The notes: a model not told the origin generated them from the sequence alone. A stretch of 56,067 nt of DNA from Campylobacterota bacterium (GCA_034659115.1 JAYEGN010000025.1:1-56067), one strand, 5' to 3'; positions 21,942 through 32,913 are shown, numbered from the stretch's first letter. Numbers and translations: made by a program.

Positions 21942-22366
21942 ATTTTTTCTTCTAAATAAGGCTCCAAGGCATTACTTACTGTTATGGATTGATTTTTGAT
22001 TTTTGGCTCAAGTATGATGATATTTGGTCGTCCCTTTTTCCAAAAGAGTGCCCCAAAGCTTTTAGATAGATTCTGTAAAAGTTGATAATCTAAAACAAAT
22101 ATATGTTTATCTGCACATTTATGGGTAAGTTTGCTCTCTTTTTCTAAGATGATTATGTTTGAATCTTCACAGTTTTGTACAGTTTTAAAATGTTTATTTT
22201 GTGCTATCTCAGATAAGATCTCTTTATTGTCACTCCAAATCAATATCTCTGTATCTATAGAGATTTCACTAAGTACTTTCTCTAATATTTGAACTCTTAG
22301 ATGTTCTGGATTTTGTGAAGCAGATAAAATTAATGCTGAGAAAATCAGTATAAGTATCAGTTTCAT
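21935..22366 (-). CDS. Exported YfiR-like protein
   Basis: Signal peptide, 143 aa, two Cys; C-terminal pattern and position between a TonB-dependent receptor and a cyclase fit the YfiR/HmsC family. Confidence 0.5.
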   Translation of the reverse strand: MKLILILIFSALILSASQNPEHLRVQILEKVLSEISIDTEILIWSDNKEILSEIAQNKHFKTVQNCEDSNIIILEKESKLTHKCADKHIFVLDYQLLQNLSKSFGALFWKKGRPNIIILEPKIKNQSITVSNALEPYLEEKIW

Positions 22367-24241
22367 CTAAAAAGTGTACTCCCCAGTAATTATAACTCTT
22401 CTTTGCGTAACAGGTACTATTAAATCCCCTTGAGCATCTATAAGGGTAGCACTTGCTCGGTCGAGTAAGTTTTCTCCCTTGGCTTTTAGTTTGAATTTTT
22501 TAGTGATTGGATAAGCAACACTGAGTGTGTAGTCATAACCCCTCTCTATCTTAACATCACCAGCACCATAGTTTATGCTATAACCATCACGGTAAACAAG
22601 TTCGTTATATATATCAAATTTGTCAATCTTGTTGAACAGTTGTATTAAAGCACCTGCCCCTGGAGAAGCGTAAGAGTCTTTATATCCTTTATAGTATTCA
22701 ACAACAACCCTGTTGTCATAATCAAATTTATGCTCACCTCTAATATATATACGATTGAAATATACAGTATCCTCTAAGTTTACATACTGTTTTAGTTTTT
22801 TATCAAAACCAATTCCATCTTCTATAGTTTTATATGCGTAACCAAATATAACTTTATGCCTATTGTCATCATATTGTAACTCTCCAGATAACTGATCTAC
22901 ATGTGAGCTATCTATATCTGGATTTGGCTTATAGGTTGGAGGAGCAAATGTTGTCTCAAGCATATTTGGATACACATAGCGTCTAAGAGCAAATATTTTT
23001 GTACTCCACTCATCATTTAGAAGAGCGATATATCCTAGTCTAATAGCATACTCTGTAGAATCTTTATCAAAACTATCTTTATAGTAGTCAAGTTTACCAC
23101 TAAAAGCAAGTAGATTATTTTCATTGATATTATATAACTCTTCAAGGTAAAACATATACATATTAAGTTTTGTTGGACCGATGGTTGGGTTTACATTCAT
23201 CCCTTCATATGTTTTAACATTTAAATTGTTTTGTTGAAACTGCGTGCCTATAAGGAAATCATGTTTGCCACTCACAATCTTTTTATCTAGCTTTAGCTTA
23301 TAGGTATTTGATTTTAAATCTACATTTATATCATTTGCAAATGTTGTATCGGGTTGTTTTATACCGATAACATCACTATTGAAAAATTTTTTAATCTCTA
23401 TAGATGCAGATGCAGATAACACAATATCACCATCAAAAAACTTTCTAATATCTAAATAAGCATAGTCTCTTTGACTGCCATCACCTATTGGTGCTGTACC
23501 CATACCGTTAAAGATATCAACCCTGTTTGCAATAATATCAACAGCAGCTTCAAAATTATCATCTTGTGAAACTTTAAAGTGTGCTTGATATCTTGTTGCA
23601 TCACGGGATAGTTCTTGATTGTTGCGACTCTGCTTATCATAGTTTATCTTTGCCGCATCTGCATATATGAGGTATTTATAATCTCCCATCACTCCTGCTT
23701 CTACTGCTCTTATATCCCCACCTTTTTCTGAATCTATACTAAGTTGAGCAGAGCGACTATTTTCTTTAGCTGGATCTTTGGAGTAGAGTCTAATAACCAT
23801 AGAGCCAGGTGAGTTGCCAAAGGCTATAGAGCTACCTCCTTGGTATATCTCAATATGATCTACAAAGTATAGGTCCATATCCCCATACATGTCTAGAGCA
23901 TTACCCTGAACAACTGTAGTTACCTCATAATCATCTATATACACCTTTATAGGAGGTAGGGCAGATTTTCCTTGCCCAACTTTTTGTAGTTTTGCAACAC
24001 CTATACTGTGAAGCCCCATAGTGTACATGCGAACGGTTTTAAGAACATCTTCTAGAGAGTAAGCCTGCATCTTTTCTAAATCTTCTCTTGAATACACAAG
24101 AAGAAATCCAGCACTCTCCTGTTTTGTTTTTTTATAAAGTGATTCTGAATCTTCATACTCTTTAAGCAGGTCATCTAAAACTAGTTCTTGTGAGAAAAGG
24201 TAAATTGGTAACAGCAAAAATATAAATGTTATAACTTTCAT
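22367..24241 (-). CDS. TonB-dependent receptor
   Basis: Signal peptide; plug (YSREDLEKM..SLEDVLK, VDHIEIYQGGSSIAFG); GENLLDR; C-terminal GEYTF. Confidence 0.9.
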   Translation of the reverse strand: MKVITFIFLLLPIYLFSQELVLDDLLKEYEDSESLYKKTKQESAGFLLVYSREDLEKMQAYSLEDVLKTVRMYTMGLHSIGVAKLQKVGQGKSALPPIKVYIDDYEVTTVVQGNALDMYGDMDLYFVDHIEIYQGGSSIAFGNSPGSMVIRLYSKDPAKENSRSAQLSIDSEKGGDIRAVEAGVMGDYKYLIYADAAKINYDKQSRNNQELSRDATRYQAHFKVSQDDNFEAAVDIIANRVDIFNGMGTAPIGDGSQRDYAYLDIRKFFDGDIVLSASASIEIKKFFNSDVIGIKQPDTTFANDINVDLKSNTYKLKLDKKIVSGKHDFLIGTQFQQNNLNVKTYEGMNVNPTIGPTKLNMYMFYLEELYNINENNLLAFSGKLDYYKDSFDKDSTEYAIRLGYIALLNDEWSTKIFALRRYVYPNMLETTFAPPTYKPNPDIDSSHVDQLSGELQYDDNRHKVIFGYAYKTIEDGIGFDKKLKQYVNLEDTVYFNRIYIRGEHKFDYDNRVVVEYYKGYKDSYASPGAGALIQLFNKIDKFDIYNELVYRDGYSINYGAGDVKIERGYDYTLSVAYPITKKFKLKAKGENLLDRASATLIDAQGDLIVPVTQRRVIITGEYTF

Positions 24242-24277
24242 AAAATACCCCTTGGATTAATTATAAGACTTTTTTAC

Positions 24278-24853
24278 TTATTTTAAACTTGCATCAGCTA
24301 AAGTTAAACAAAATAGTACACTTTTGTCATTTTTTTTTATAGTTTGTATCGCTTGTGTTAATGTTGAACCTGTTGTAATGATATCATCTACTAAAATAAT
24401 GTTTTGAGCATTAACATTAGTAAAAGTAAAGTTTCTTGGATTTAATATCCTAAATTCTTTACTTTTTGAAGAGTATGTAATGGAGTTATTGGCTCTTAGT
24501 TTATTAAACTTAGGTGTTATATATTTGCTTTTTAATGCTTTGTTTAATATAGCTGTGTGTGAGTAGCCACTTTTTATATTATCATCAACTGCTATGGAAG
24601 TTATGATCTGTTCATACTCAAAATTTTCGGCAAATTGTTTTAATGAGTTTTTTGCGAGTATGGTATAGATATAGTAACCTATATCTGTATGTTTAGTATG
24701 AAGTAGATTTTTAATATCATTGTATTTGTAAAATGATATAACTTCTATGTTGTTTAAGATTTTTCTTTTGTAGATTGAGGGAGTTAAAAAAAGTTCTTGA
24801 CATGTAGAGCAGATGTGCGTGAAAGACAGACTCTCACACAACATACATTTCAT
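24278..24853 (-). CDS. comF: ComF family protein
   Basis: CxxC..CxxC N-terminus; PRTase motif ILVDDIITTGSTL. Confidence 0.88.
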   Translation of the reverse strand: MKCMLCESLSFTHICSTCQELFLTPSIYKRKILNNIEVISFYKYNDIKNLLHTKHTDIGYYIYTILAKNSLKQFAENFEYEQIITSIAVDDNIKSGYSHTAILNKALKSKYITPKFNKLRANNSITYSSKSKEFRILNPRNFTFTNVNAQNIILVDDIITTGSTLTQAIQTIKKNDKSVLFCLTLADASLK

Positions 24854-24854
24854 T

Positions 24855-26645
24855 TTAATCCATTTTTAATACAGACATAAATGCCTCTTGAGGAAGTTGA
24901 ACCTTACCTATAGACTTCATCCGTTTTTTACCAGCTTTTTGCTTTTCAAGTAGTTTTCTCTTACGAGTAATATCCCCGCCATAACACTTAGCAGTAACAT
25001 TTTTGCCCATAGATTTTACAGTTTCTCTTGCGATGATTTGAGAGCCTAGCGAAGCTTGAACAGCAACTTCAAAAAGTTGTCTAGGAATCTGCTCTTTCAT
25101 ATTTTTAACTAAAACACGACCACGACTTAGTGCTTGAGTTTTTGGAACTACGATACTAAGTGCATCAACAGCTTCTCCCGCTACTTTAATATCAAGTTTT
25201 ACAAGGTCACCAGTCTTAAACTCTATAGGGTCATAATCAAATGAAGCATAACCTTTTGAGATAGACTTTAGCGTGTCATAAAAATCCATAACTATCTCAT
25301 TCATCGGTATCTCATACTCTAACATAACTCTTTCTTCATTTAGATATGTCATCTTAGTTTGGTTACCTCTTTTACTAACAAGTAAAGTTATGATATTACC
25401 CAAATATTCAGCAGGAGTGATAACAGTTGCTCTAACATAAGGTTCTTGTATATAATCTATCTTTTGGATTTCTGGAAGTTGTGATGGATTTTGAACCTCC
25501 ACCATATCGCCATTTGTAAGATATACATTATACACAACAGATGGAGCAGAAGCTATAAGGTCAAGATTAAACTCTCTCTCTAGTCTTTCTTTGATAACTT
25601 CCATATGAAGCATACCAAGAAAACCAACACGAAAGCCAAAGCCAAGAGCAATGGAAGTTTCAGGTTCATAACTAAGGGAGCTATCGTTGAGTTTTAACTT
25701 ATCAAGAGCATCTCTTAGGTCTTCAAACTTGTCAGTGTCTATGGGATATATACCTGCAAATACAAATGGTTTCGCAGGTTCATAGTCCCCAACAGGCTCA
25801 GCGGTAGGATTTTTCACATCGGTAATAGTATCACCAACATTTACAACACTAACCTCTTTAAGCCCTAAAACAACTATACCTATTTCGCCACACTCAATAC
25901 TCTTAGTTTTTATCTTTTTCATAGGATGCGGATACATAAGGTCAAGTATCTGATGCTCTTCGCCATTACTCATAAGTTTAATATTTTGACCCTTTTTTAC
26001 CTGTCCATCAAAAACACGAACAAGAGCCAAAGCACCAAGATACTGGTCAAACCAAGAGTCATAGATGATAGCTTTTGTAGTAGCTTGCGGGTCTCCAACA
26101 GGGGCAGGCACTCTCTCTACGATAGCATCTATAAGTTCTCGTATACCTATCCCACTTTTAGCACTAACTAAGCAAGCATCAGTAGCATCTATGCCGATTG
26201 AAGTTTCTATCTCTTCTGCTACTTTATCTGGATCAGCTGCTGGTAGGTCTATCTTGTTTATAACAGGGATAAGTTCTAAGTCATTATCAAGAGCTAGATA
26301 AACATTTGCAATAGTTTGAGCTTCAACACCTTGAGCAGCATCTACGATAAGTAAAGCACCATCACTTGAAGCTAAAGATTTACTTACTTCGTAAGAAAAA
26401 TCAACATGCCCCGGAGTGTCTATGAGGTTAAGAATATAATGCTTAGCATCTTTTACATAATCAAGCCTAACACTTTGAGCCTTGATAGTGATACCACGCT
26501 CTTGTTCTATGTCCATAGTATCCATCATCTGCGTACTCATCTCTCGATCAGTTACACTTCCACACTCTTGAATGATTCTATCGGCTAGTGTACTCTTGCC
26601 ATGGTCGATATGTGCTATGATAGAAAAGTTTCTAATATTATTCAA
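24855..26645 (-). CDS. lepA: Translation elongation factor 4
   Basis: [20 protein letters not shown]; [18 protein letters not shown]. Confidence 0.99.
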   Translation of the reverse strand: MNNIRNFSIIAHIDHGKSTLADRIIQECGSVTDREMSTQMMDTMDIEQERGITIKAQSVRLDYVKDAKHYILNLIDTPGHVDFSYEVSKSLASSDGALLIVDAAQGVEAQTIANVYLALDNDLELIPVINKIDLPAADPDKVAEEIETSIGIDATDACLVSAKSGIGIRELIDAIVERVPAPVGDPQATTKAIIYDSWFDQYLGALALVRVFDGQVKKGQNIKLMSNGEEHQILDLMYPHPMKKIKTKSIECGEIGIVVLGLKEVSVVNVGDTITDVKNPTAEPVGDYEPAKPFVFAGIYPIDTDKFEDLRDALDKLKLNDSSLSYEPETSIALGFGFRVGFLGMLHMEVIKERLEREFNLDLIASAPSVVYNVYLTNGDMVEVQNPSQLPEIQKIDYIQEPYVRATVITPAEYLGNIITLLVSKRGNQTKMTYLNEERVMLEYEIPMNEIVMDFYDTLKSISKGYASFDYDPIEFKTGDLVKLDIKVAGEAVDALSIVVPKTQALSRGRVLVKNMKEQIPRQLFEVAVQASLGSQIIARETVKSMGKNVTAKCYGGDITRKRKLLEKQKAGKKRMKSIGKVQLPQEAFMSVLKMD

Positions 26646-26657
26646 TAAATTACCCTC

Positions 26658-27584
26658 TTATGAGAAAAGAGAGTTTACACTCTCATTATGATAAACTCTT
26701 CTTATAACCTCTGCAAAAAGAGGTGCAACTGTTAATACTTTGATGCATCTATGAGGTGTTGTCACTAAAGTATTTGTAATGATTAGTTCATCTAGGTCAC
26801 CAGCTTCTAAGTTGCTATAAGCTTTGCCACTAAGAACACCATGCGTAGCACAAGCCATAACAGAAGTGGCACCATTGTTTTTAAGTGCAGCTGCAGCTTT
26901 TACCATAGTTCCGGCAGTATCTACCATATCATCTATCATGATAACATCGTGACCTTTTACATCACCTATGATGTTCATAACTTCACTTTCATTGGCTTTT
27001 TCACGGCGTTTATCCACTATAACCATCTCCAAGCCCATCCGTTTTGCAAAGTATCTAGCTCTTGCAACTCCACCAATATCTGGAGAAGCTATGATAGGGT
27101 TTTTTAGATTTTTGCTTTTTATATGTTGCTCAAAAGTTACAGAACCATAAAGATTGTCAACTGGAATATCAAAAAATCCTTGAATCTGCCCCGCATGTAG
27201 ATCGATAGTTATAACCCTATCTATACCAGCAGTCTCATAAAGATTGGCTACAAGTTTAGCAGTGATTGGAACACGAGGTGCCGCCTTACGATCTTGTCTT
27301 GCATATCCATAGTATGGAACTACTGCTGTAATACTTGAAGCTGATGAACGCTTAAGAGCATCTGTCATAATTAAAAGCTCCATTAAATTATCGTTTGATG
27401 GAGAACCTGTTGATTGAACGATAAACACATCACGACCACGAACACTTTCAGCAATTTGTACTGAAATTTCACCATCACTAAATTTTTTAATAGCAGCACT
27501 AGATAGTTGAACATCTAAAATGTCACAAATTTCCTGTGCAAACTGAGTACTTGCTGAACCAGCAAAAATCTTATAACCACGCAT
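26658..27584 (-). CDS. prs: Ribose-phosphate pyrophosphokinase
   Basis: FSDGEI, PYYGYARQDR, DLHAGQIQGFF, IDDMVDTAGT; start moved from 27668 to ATG 27584 (MRGYKIF), which has an AAGGAA RBS. Confidence 0.97.
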   Translation of the reverse strand: MRGYKIFAGSASTQFAQEICDILDVQLSSAAIKKFSDGEISVQIAESVRGRDVFIVQSTGSPSNDNLMELLIMTDALKRSSASSITAVVPYYGYARQDRKAAPRVPITAKLVANLYETAGIDRVITIDLHAGQIQGFFDIPVDNLYGSVTFEQHIKSKNLKNPIIASPDIGGVARARYFAKRMGLEMVIVDKRREKANESEVMNIIGDVKGHDVIMIDDMVDTAGTMVKAAAALKNNGATSVMACATHGVLSGKAYSNLEAGDLDELIITNTLVTTPHRCIKVLTVAPLFAEVIRRVYHNESVNSLFS

Positions 27585-27906
27585 CAGTAGTTCCTTCTTT
27601 TGGAAAATTAATATTGCGATTATATAATAATAGTGCTGAGTAGTTTTTAAAATCATTAAAATTTCCAAAATTAAGTAAAATTTATTTTTAATAAAAGCTA
27701 CCTAAATATAACTTTCTTAAATATACACAGTTAAAAAACTTTCTCAAAAAATATCTCTTCTTTATAATAAGTTTAAGTTTACTTAGATACTATTTTCACA
27801 GTCAAGAACCCCTGTTTTACGAGTATAAGGGCTTCTTTTGATATAAATTAGAGATAGTTATAAATCTTAAAAGCAGCCGCTAATTAATAGGCTAAAAGGA
27901 GAATAT

Positions 27907-28545
27907 ATGCAATTAGGTTTCCTAGTTGACTTGCATCTGTGTATGGGATGTAAAGGTTGCGAAATCGCATGTAAGGTGGAAAATGAAGTTCCACTAAGTA
28001 CATGGAGACTTCGTGTTAAATATGTAGATGTTGGAACTTTTCCAGAAACTAAGAGAACATTTACACCGCTTCGCTGTAATCACTGTGAGAATGCTCCATG
28101 TGAAAGAATCTGTCCGGTATCTGCACTTCATTATCTTGATAATGGGATTGTAAATATTGATAAAGAACGCTGTATTGGTTGTGCAGGTTGTGTTATGGCA
28201 TGCCCTTATGGCGCTATCTATATAGATCCTCAGACGCAAACAGCAGATAAATGTACTTATTGTGCTCACCGTGTTGCTTCTTCAATGATGCCGGCATGTG
28301 TTGTTGCTTGTCCAGTTCAAGCAAATATTTTTGGTGATTTAGATGATCCAAAATCCAATATTTCTAAATATATTATGAAGAATCAAGGTGGAGTTCAAGT
28401 TCGTAAACCTGAGAAGGGAACTAACCCTCATCACTTCTATGTTGGCGGAGGTAATGTTAATCTTAATCCTCTAGCATCACAGAGACCAGAAGGGTATCAT
28501 CTATTTGGTAAGATGACATCTAAAATGCCTGTAGGAGGTCACTAA
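27907..28545 (+). CDS. 4Fe-4S dicluster electron-transfer subunit (PsrB/NrfC/TtrB-like)
   Basis: Four Cys clusters: CMGCKGCEIAC, CNHCENAPCERICP, CIGCAGCVMACP, CTYC..PACVVACP. Confidence 0.93.
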   Translation: MQLGFLVDLHLCMGCKGCEIACKVENEVPLSTWRLRVKYVDVGTFPETKRTFTPLRCNHCENAPCERICPVSALHYLDNGIVNIDKERCIGCAGCVMACPYGAIYIDPQTQTADKCTYCAHRVASSMMPACVVACPVQANIFGDLDDPKSNISKYIMKNQGGVQVRKPEKGTNPHHFYVGGGNVNLNPLASQRPEGYHLFGKMTSKMPVGGH

Positions 28546-28546
28546 A

Positions 28547-29449
28547 ATGGCAGCACATGAAGTATTAGCAGCAACAAATGCTGTGGTAAGTTTAGATGTT
28601 GGTATTCCTGGAATAGTTTGGCCTTGGTTGGTTACAGTGAATATGTGGGCAAAAAGTATAGGTACAGGTCTTATCTTTATGTTGTTCCTGCTTCTTAGAA
28701 CAGATCCTGATTCAGTAAAAAACTTAAGATTACCAACTGCTATAGCAGCATTTGTATTTATTAATCTTTTTTTACTATTCACACTAGCCGATCTGCACCA
28801 GCCATTTAGAATGTGGCATATATTTGTTTATCCAAGTTTCTCTTCAGCAATTGCTTGGGGTTCAATGATGGCTACAGCATTCTTGGGTCTCTTGACTCTT
28901 CTAATGTTTTTAGGTTGGAAAAAGAGTGATGAAACATACGACAAAGTATTACAGTGGACAGCTATTTTAGCAATCCCTGTAACACTTTACACAGCGGCAC
29001 TTATGTCTCAGTGTACAGCTCGTGAACTATGGCAGATGCCTGCAGAGGCTGCTCAAATGGTTTTAGCAGCACTACTTTCAGGTTCAGCATTTATGATTCT
29101 GCTTGGTGGAGATAAACTCTCTTATGAAGCTAAAAAAACTCTAGGTGTAGTTCTTGGTTTAAGTGCATTAATGGCATTTATCATCTACATGTCAGAGTAT
29201 GTTTTTGGACCAATGAAAGCAGAAGAGATAGCGTTTACACTAGAATACATCAAAGGTGACGGACCATATACGGTTATGTTTTGGTTAGGTCAATGGATGA
29301 CATATTTGCTACCGATATTATTAGTAATACTAAGTAGAAGTTCAAAAAGCGAAAGTATCCTAAAATTAGCAGCGATACTAGCACTTGTGGGTCTATTTAT
29401 AGTTAAACATGTATGGTTAATGATTCCACAATTATTACCAATGAGTTAA
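28547..29449 (+). CDS. NrfD/PsrC-family membrane anchor
   Basis: About 8 TM segments; ADLHQPFRMW..SSAIAWG; YTA..ARELW. Confidence 0.9.
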   Translation: MAAHEVLAATNAVVSLDVGIPGIVWPWLVTVNMWAKSIGTGLIFMLFLLLRTDPDSVKNLRLPTAIAAFVFINLFLLFTLADLHQPFRMWHIFVYPSFSSAIAWGSMMATAFLGLLTLLMFLGWKKSDETYDKVLQWTAILAIPVTLYTAALMSQCTARELWQMPAEAAQMVLAALLSGSAFMILLGGDKLSYEAKKTLGVVLGLSALMAFIIYMSEYVFGPMKAEEIAFTLEYIKGDGPYTVMFWLGQWMTYLLPILLVILSRSSKSESILKLAAILALVGLFIVKHVWLMIPQLLPMS

Positions 29450-29461
29450 GGAGAGATATTG

Positions 29462-32400
29462 ATGTATTTACAAAGTAGAAGAACATTTTTAAAAGGTGCC
29501 GCATTTACTGTTGCTGGTGCCGCTATTGCTAAGGGTGTATTTTCAGTTGATGCGCAAGCTGAGTCTGTTACACAAAGCAAATTTACAAACACTCCAGATT
29601 CATTATCATTCTATCCTCCGATGGAGGAGTGGGCTGACTTTAAAGAGTTAGATGGAGATGATTGGAAGCGTGGGGGGATAGACCGTCACGGTGTACAAAC
29701 TAAAGATAATCCTAATGGAATTGAAGTAAATGATTATATGATTGTTCCAACAGCATGTTCAAACTGTGAAGCAGCATGTGGATTGACTGCTTGGATCGAT
29801 AAAAAGACATTTACTGTTAAAAAATATATGGGTAATCCGTTGCATCCAGCTTCTCGTGGTAGAAACTGTGCAAAAGGTTATGCAACACAATCACAAATGT
29901 ATGATCCAGACAGAATCGCATTCCCACTCAAAAGAGCTGAAGGTTCTGCTCGTGGTGAAGGTAAATGGGTTCGTACAACTTGGGATGAAGCGATGACTGC
30001 TATCGGTAAAAAGATGGGTCATGCTTTGAACAAAGGTGATGAGCTATCTAAAAAATCTTGTATGTTCCATGTTGGTCGTCCAAATGAAAATGGATTTACT
30101 GGAAAGGTATGGCACACGCTAGGTCAAGATTGTTTTAACTCTCATACGAACATCTGTTCATCTGGTGGTAGAACGCCAACAATCCAATGGTCAAATGATG
30201 ATAGAAGTTCTCCGGATTGGGCTAATGCTAAGCTTATCTTTCTTAACTCTTCACATGCTGCTGATGCTGGTCACTATTTCCAACAATCGGCTTCATTTAT
30301 CGCAGACGCAAGACAAAAGGGTGCAAAACTTGTAGTTATGGACCCTCGAATGTCGAACTCGGCTGGTATGGCTGATATGTGGATAGCTGCATGGCCTGGT
30401 ACTGAGCCTCTTATCTACTTATACCTTGCTCAACGAATCTTAAATGAGGGCAAAGTAGATAAATCTTTTGTGAAAAAATGGTTAAACTGGGAAGTTCTTA
30501 TGGATAATAAGAAGTATCTAGAGTTTATGGTTGAAAAAGGCTATATGAAAGAGGTGCCAGGTAAAAATGACTTTGATTCATTTTTAGATACACTTAAAGA
30601 GATTTATCAGCCATATACACTTCAACATGTAGCAAAAGAGACACATGTACCTGCGTATAAATTAGAAGAGCTGTATGATATGTTTATATGGGCTGGAACT
30701 GCAGTTTCAACTTATTTCTGGCGTGCTACTGCTGCTGGTAACCGTGGCGGTTGGATGAGTGGTAGAACAGGTTTCTTACCTTTAGCACTTCGTGGTGCTA
30801 TCGGTCCAGAGGGTGGAACTTTCTTCCACCACTTCCATGTTGTCTCCGTAGCTGGTAAAGGTGGCTCGGCAACTGTAGGTCAAGGTAAGCGTGGATCAAA
30901 TGTTCCAAAAATTGACACTTGGAATGAGCTTTCATGGCCACCAGAATGGCCTCTTTCAACTTATGAGATGTCATTTCTACTTCCGCATCTACTTGCTGAT
31001 GAAGAGTGGCAACAAAAATGGATAGATAAAGGTCTAAATGTACCTAAAAAACTTGATGTTTGGATTCCTCGTATGTATAATCCTGTTTGGATAAATCCAG
31101 ATGGTTTTAGATGGATTGAGACTATTAAAGATGAAAAGAAGATGGAGCTAACTTTCAATCTTTCTCCAGTTTGGTCTGAGACTAACTGGTATGTTGATTA
31201 TATCTTGCCTGTTGGTTTAGCCGGTGAGCGTCATGATCAACATTCTGAAGCTACTATGCCAGCTCGCTGGACATCATTTAGACAACCTGTTATGAGGGTA
31301 GCACTAGAAAAATCTGGCTGGAAACCTAAAAATCCTGCAAGAGCTACACTTGAAGCTCACATAAAAGCTGGACTTGGTGAGGTTTGGGAAGAAAATGAGT
31401 TTTGGTTTGACATGTGTGTAAATTTCATCGATCCAGATGGGAAAATATTTATAGATAAAGCCAAAACAAAATCTATTAAGTCTATGTGGGAATCTAAAAA
31501 AACTCCTGGTACACCAGTGACTATTGCGGAGTGGTATGATGCGGCATTTGGTGATAACTTACCAAATCTTAAAGCAACCGCTACTATGGATTCAAGATAT
31601 AAAAACTCTGAATTTCCGGTATATGAGTATATGAGAGATCATGGTGCTTGGATGGAAGAGAACAAGATCTACTCAGCACAGGAAAAACTTGCTAAAATTG
31701 ATGGTGATAATCTTGTTGTTCATGGTCATAAGTATGATAAACATAGCCTAAGTAAAGATGAGAGAACAGGTGTTATATACGCTAAAGATCATCATGGAAG
31801 CACCAAATATAAAGATGGTAAAAAACCAGTTGCTATCGAGATAGATGGCAAAGTTATGGAAGGTTTTGCAACACTAGATAAAAAATTGGATTTCTTTTGT
31901 GAATGGTTAGCAGATGATTGGAAATGGCCTGAGTATGCTATACCATTTTATCCTAGAACTCCTCAAGAGAAAAAAGAGATGAAGCATATCGTATCACATG
32001 TGGATCACTCTTATATGACTGAGAAGAACTCATATGCATTAAATACAGTGTTCCGTTTACCATATAATATTCATACTCGTTCTGCTAATAGCAAGCACCT
32101 TATGGAGATTTCACAAAATCATGACCCAATTTGGATCTCAACTCCAGATGCGGCTCGTCAAGGGTTTAAGCGTGGCGATGCTATTCGTGTAAGAATCACA
32201 GATAGTGTAACAGGTTTAGAATCAGGTTATTTTGTAGCTATGGCTGTTCCAACTGAGGGTGTTCTTCCTGGAACTCTTGCATGTTCGCACCATGGTGGTC
32301 GTTGGAAGCTTGTAAACTCTGTAACTATTCCAAACGGTGTTACAGACGGTAGGGTTGATTCACAGCCAGTTCCTCGTAATATGAATGATCCTAAATTTAT

Positions 32401-32899
32401 GGCAGCATCTGTAGATAATGTTGGTAAAAAGGGTGCAGAGATTAAGATTGAAGATTATGATGGAACAAGTGGACTCAATAGTTTTGGTGTTCCAACTGCT
32501 GAACTTCAAATGGATGGCAAAGAGGGTAAACTTAAGTATGTTGAGGGTATCAAACCATTCGTATCTGAACGATTTGCCGATTATAACAGAGATAGTGAGA
32601 ATATCTGGTGGGATGGATTGAGTGGTTCATGGCAAAATGCTGTTGCTGCTGCTCATCCAGATCCAATCTCTGGTATGCACTGTTGGCATCAAAAAGTTAT
32701 CTTAGAACCTGCCCAAAAAGGTGATAAGATAGGTGATATATATGTAAATTATGATAATAACTTTAAAATTTATCAAGGTTGGAGAGATGATTTAACTCGT
32801 GGATTAGATGCAAATTCTACGAAGCGTCGTCCTCAACATATAAAACGCCCATGGGTACCACTTTCAGATAGAGCTTACGCTGTAGAGATTAAAGACTAA
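29462..32899 (+). CDS. Tat-exported molybdopterin oxidoreductase catalytic subunit (polysulfide/tetrathionate reductase-like)
   Basis: SRRTFLK twin-arginine signal; CSNCEAAC...C Fe-S motif; HTNICSS putative Cys Mo ligand; VMDPRMS; HTRSAN; ATG 29462 follows AGGAG. Confidence 0.9.
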   Translation: MYLQSRRTFLKGAAFTVAGAAIAKGVFSVDAQAESVTQSKFTNTPDSLSFYPPMEEWADFKELDGDDWKRGGIDRHGVQTKDNPNGIEVNDYMIVPTACSNCEAACGLTAWIDKKTFTVKKYMGNPLHPASRGRNCAKGYATQSQMYDPDRIAFPLKRAEGSARGEGKWVRTTWDEAMTAIGKKMGHALNKGDELSKKSCMFHVGRPNENGFTGKVWHTLGQDCFNSHTNICSSGGRTPTIQWSNDDRSSPDWANAKLIFLNSSHAADAGHYFQQSASFIADARQKGAKLVVMDPRMSNSAGMADMWIAAWPGTEPLIYLYLAQRILNEGKVDKSFVKKWLNWEVLMDNKKYLEFMVEKGYMKEVPGKNDFDSFLDTLKEIYQPYTLQHVAKETHVPAYKLEELYDMFIWAGTAVSTYFWRATAAGNRGGWMSGRTGFLPLALRGAIGPEGGTFFHHFHVVSVAGKGGSATVGQGKRGSNVPKIDTWNELSWPPEWPLSTYEMSFLLPHLLADEEWQQKWIDKGLNVPKKLDVWIPRMYNPVWINPDGFRWIETIKDEKKMELTFNLSPVWSETNWYVDYILPVGLAGERHDQHSEATMPARWTSFRQPVMRVALEKSGWKPKNPARATLEAHIKAGLGEVWEENEFWFDMCVNFIDPDGKIFIDKAKTKSIKSMWESKKTPGTPVTIAEWYDAAFGDNLPNLKATATMDSRYKNSEFPVYEYMRDHGAWMEENKIYSAQEKLAKIDGDNLVVHGHKYDKHSLSKDERTGVIYAKDHHGSTKYKDGKKPVAIEIDGKVMEGFATLDKKLDFFCEWLADDWKWPEYAIPFYPRTPQEKKEMKHIVSHVDHSYMTEKNSYALNTVFRLPYNIHTRSANSKHLMEISQNHDPIWISTPDAARQGFKRGDAIRVRITDSVTGLESGYFVAMAVPTEGVLPGTLACSHHGGRWKLVNSVTIPNGVTDGRVDSQPVPRNMNDPKFMAASVDNVGKKGAEIKIEDYDGTSGLNSFGVPTAELQMDGKEGKLKYVEGIKPFVSERFADYNRDSENIWWDGLSGSWQNAVAAAHPDPISGMHCWHQKVILEPAQKGDKIGDIYVNYDNNFKIYQGWRDDLTRGLDANSTKRRPQHIKRPWVPLSDRAYAVEIKD

Positions 32900-32913
32900 A
32901 AGTCTTTAATCTC
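32885..32913 (+). terminator. Perfect 13-bp hairpin overlapping the molybdoenzyme stop codon
   Basis: GAGATTAAAGACT-aaa-AGTCTTTAATCTC. Confidence 0.6.

Noticed and set aside
27585-27668. N-terminal extension of prs in the ORF track (likewise cheY 44014-44058)
   Set aside because: Downstream starts have proper RBSs and give the canonical N-termini.
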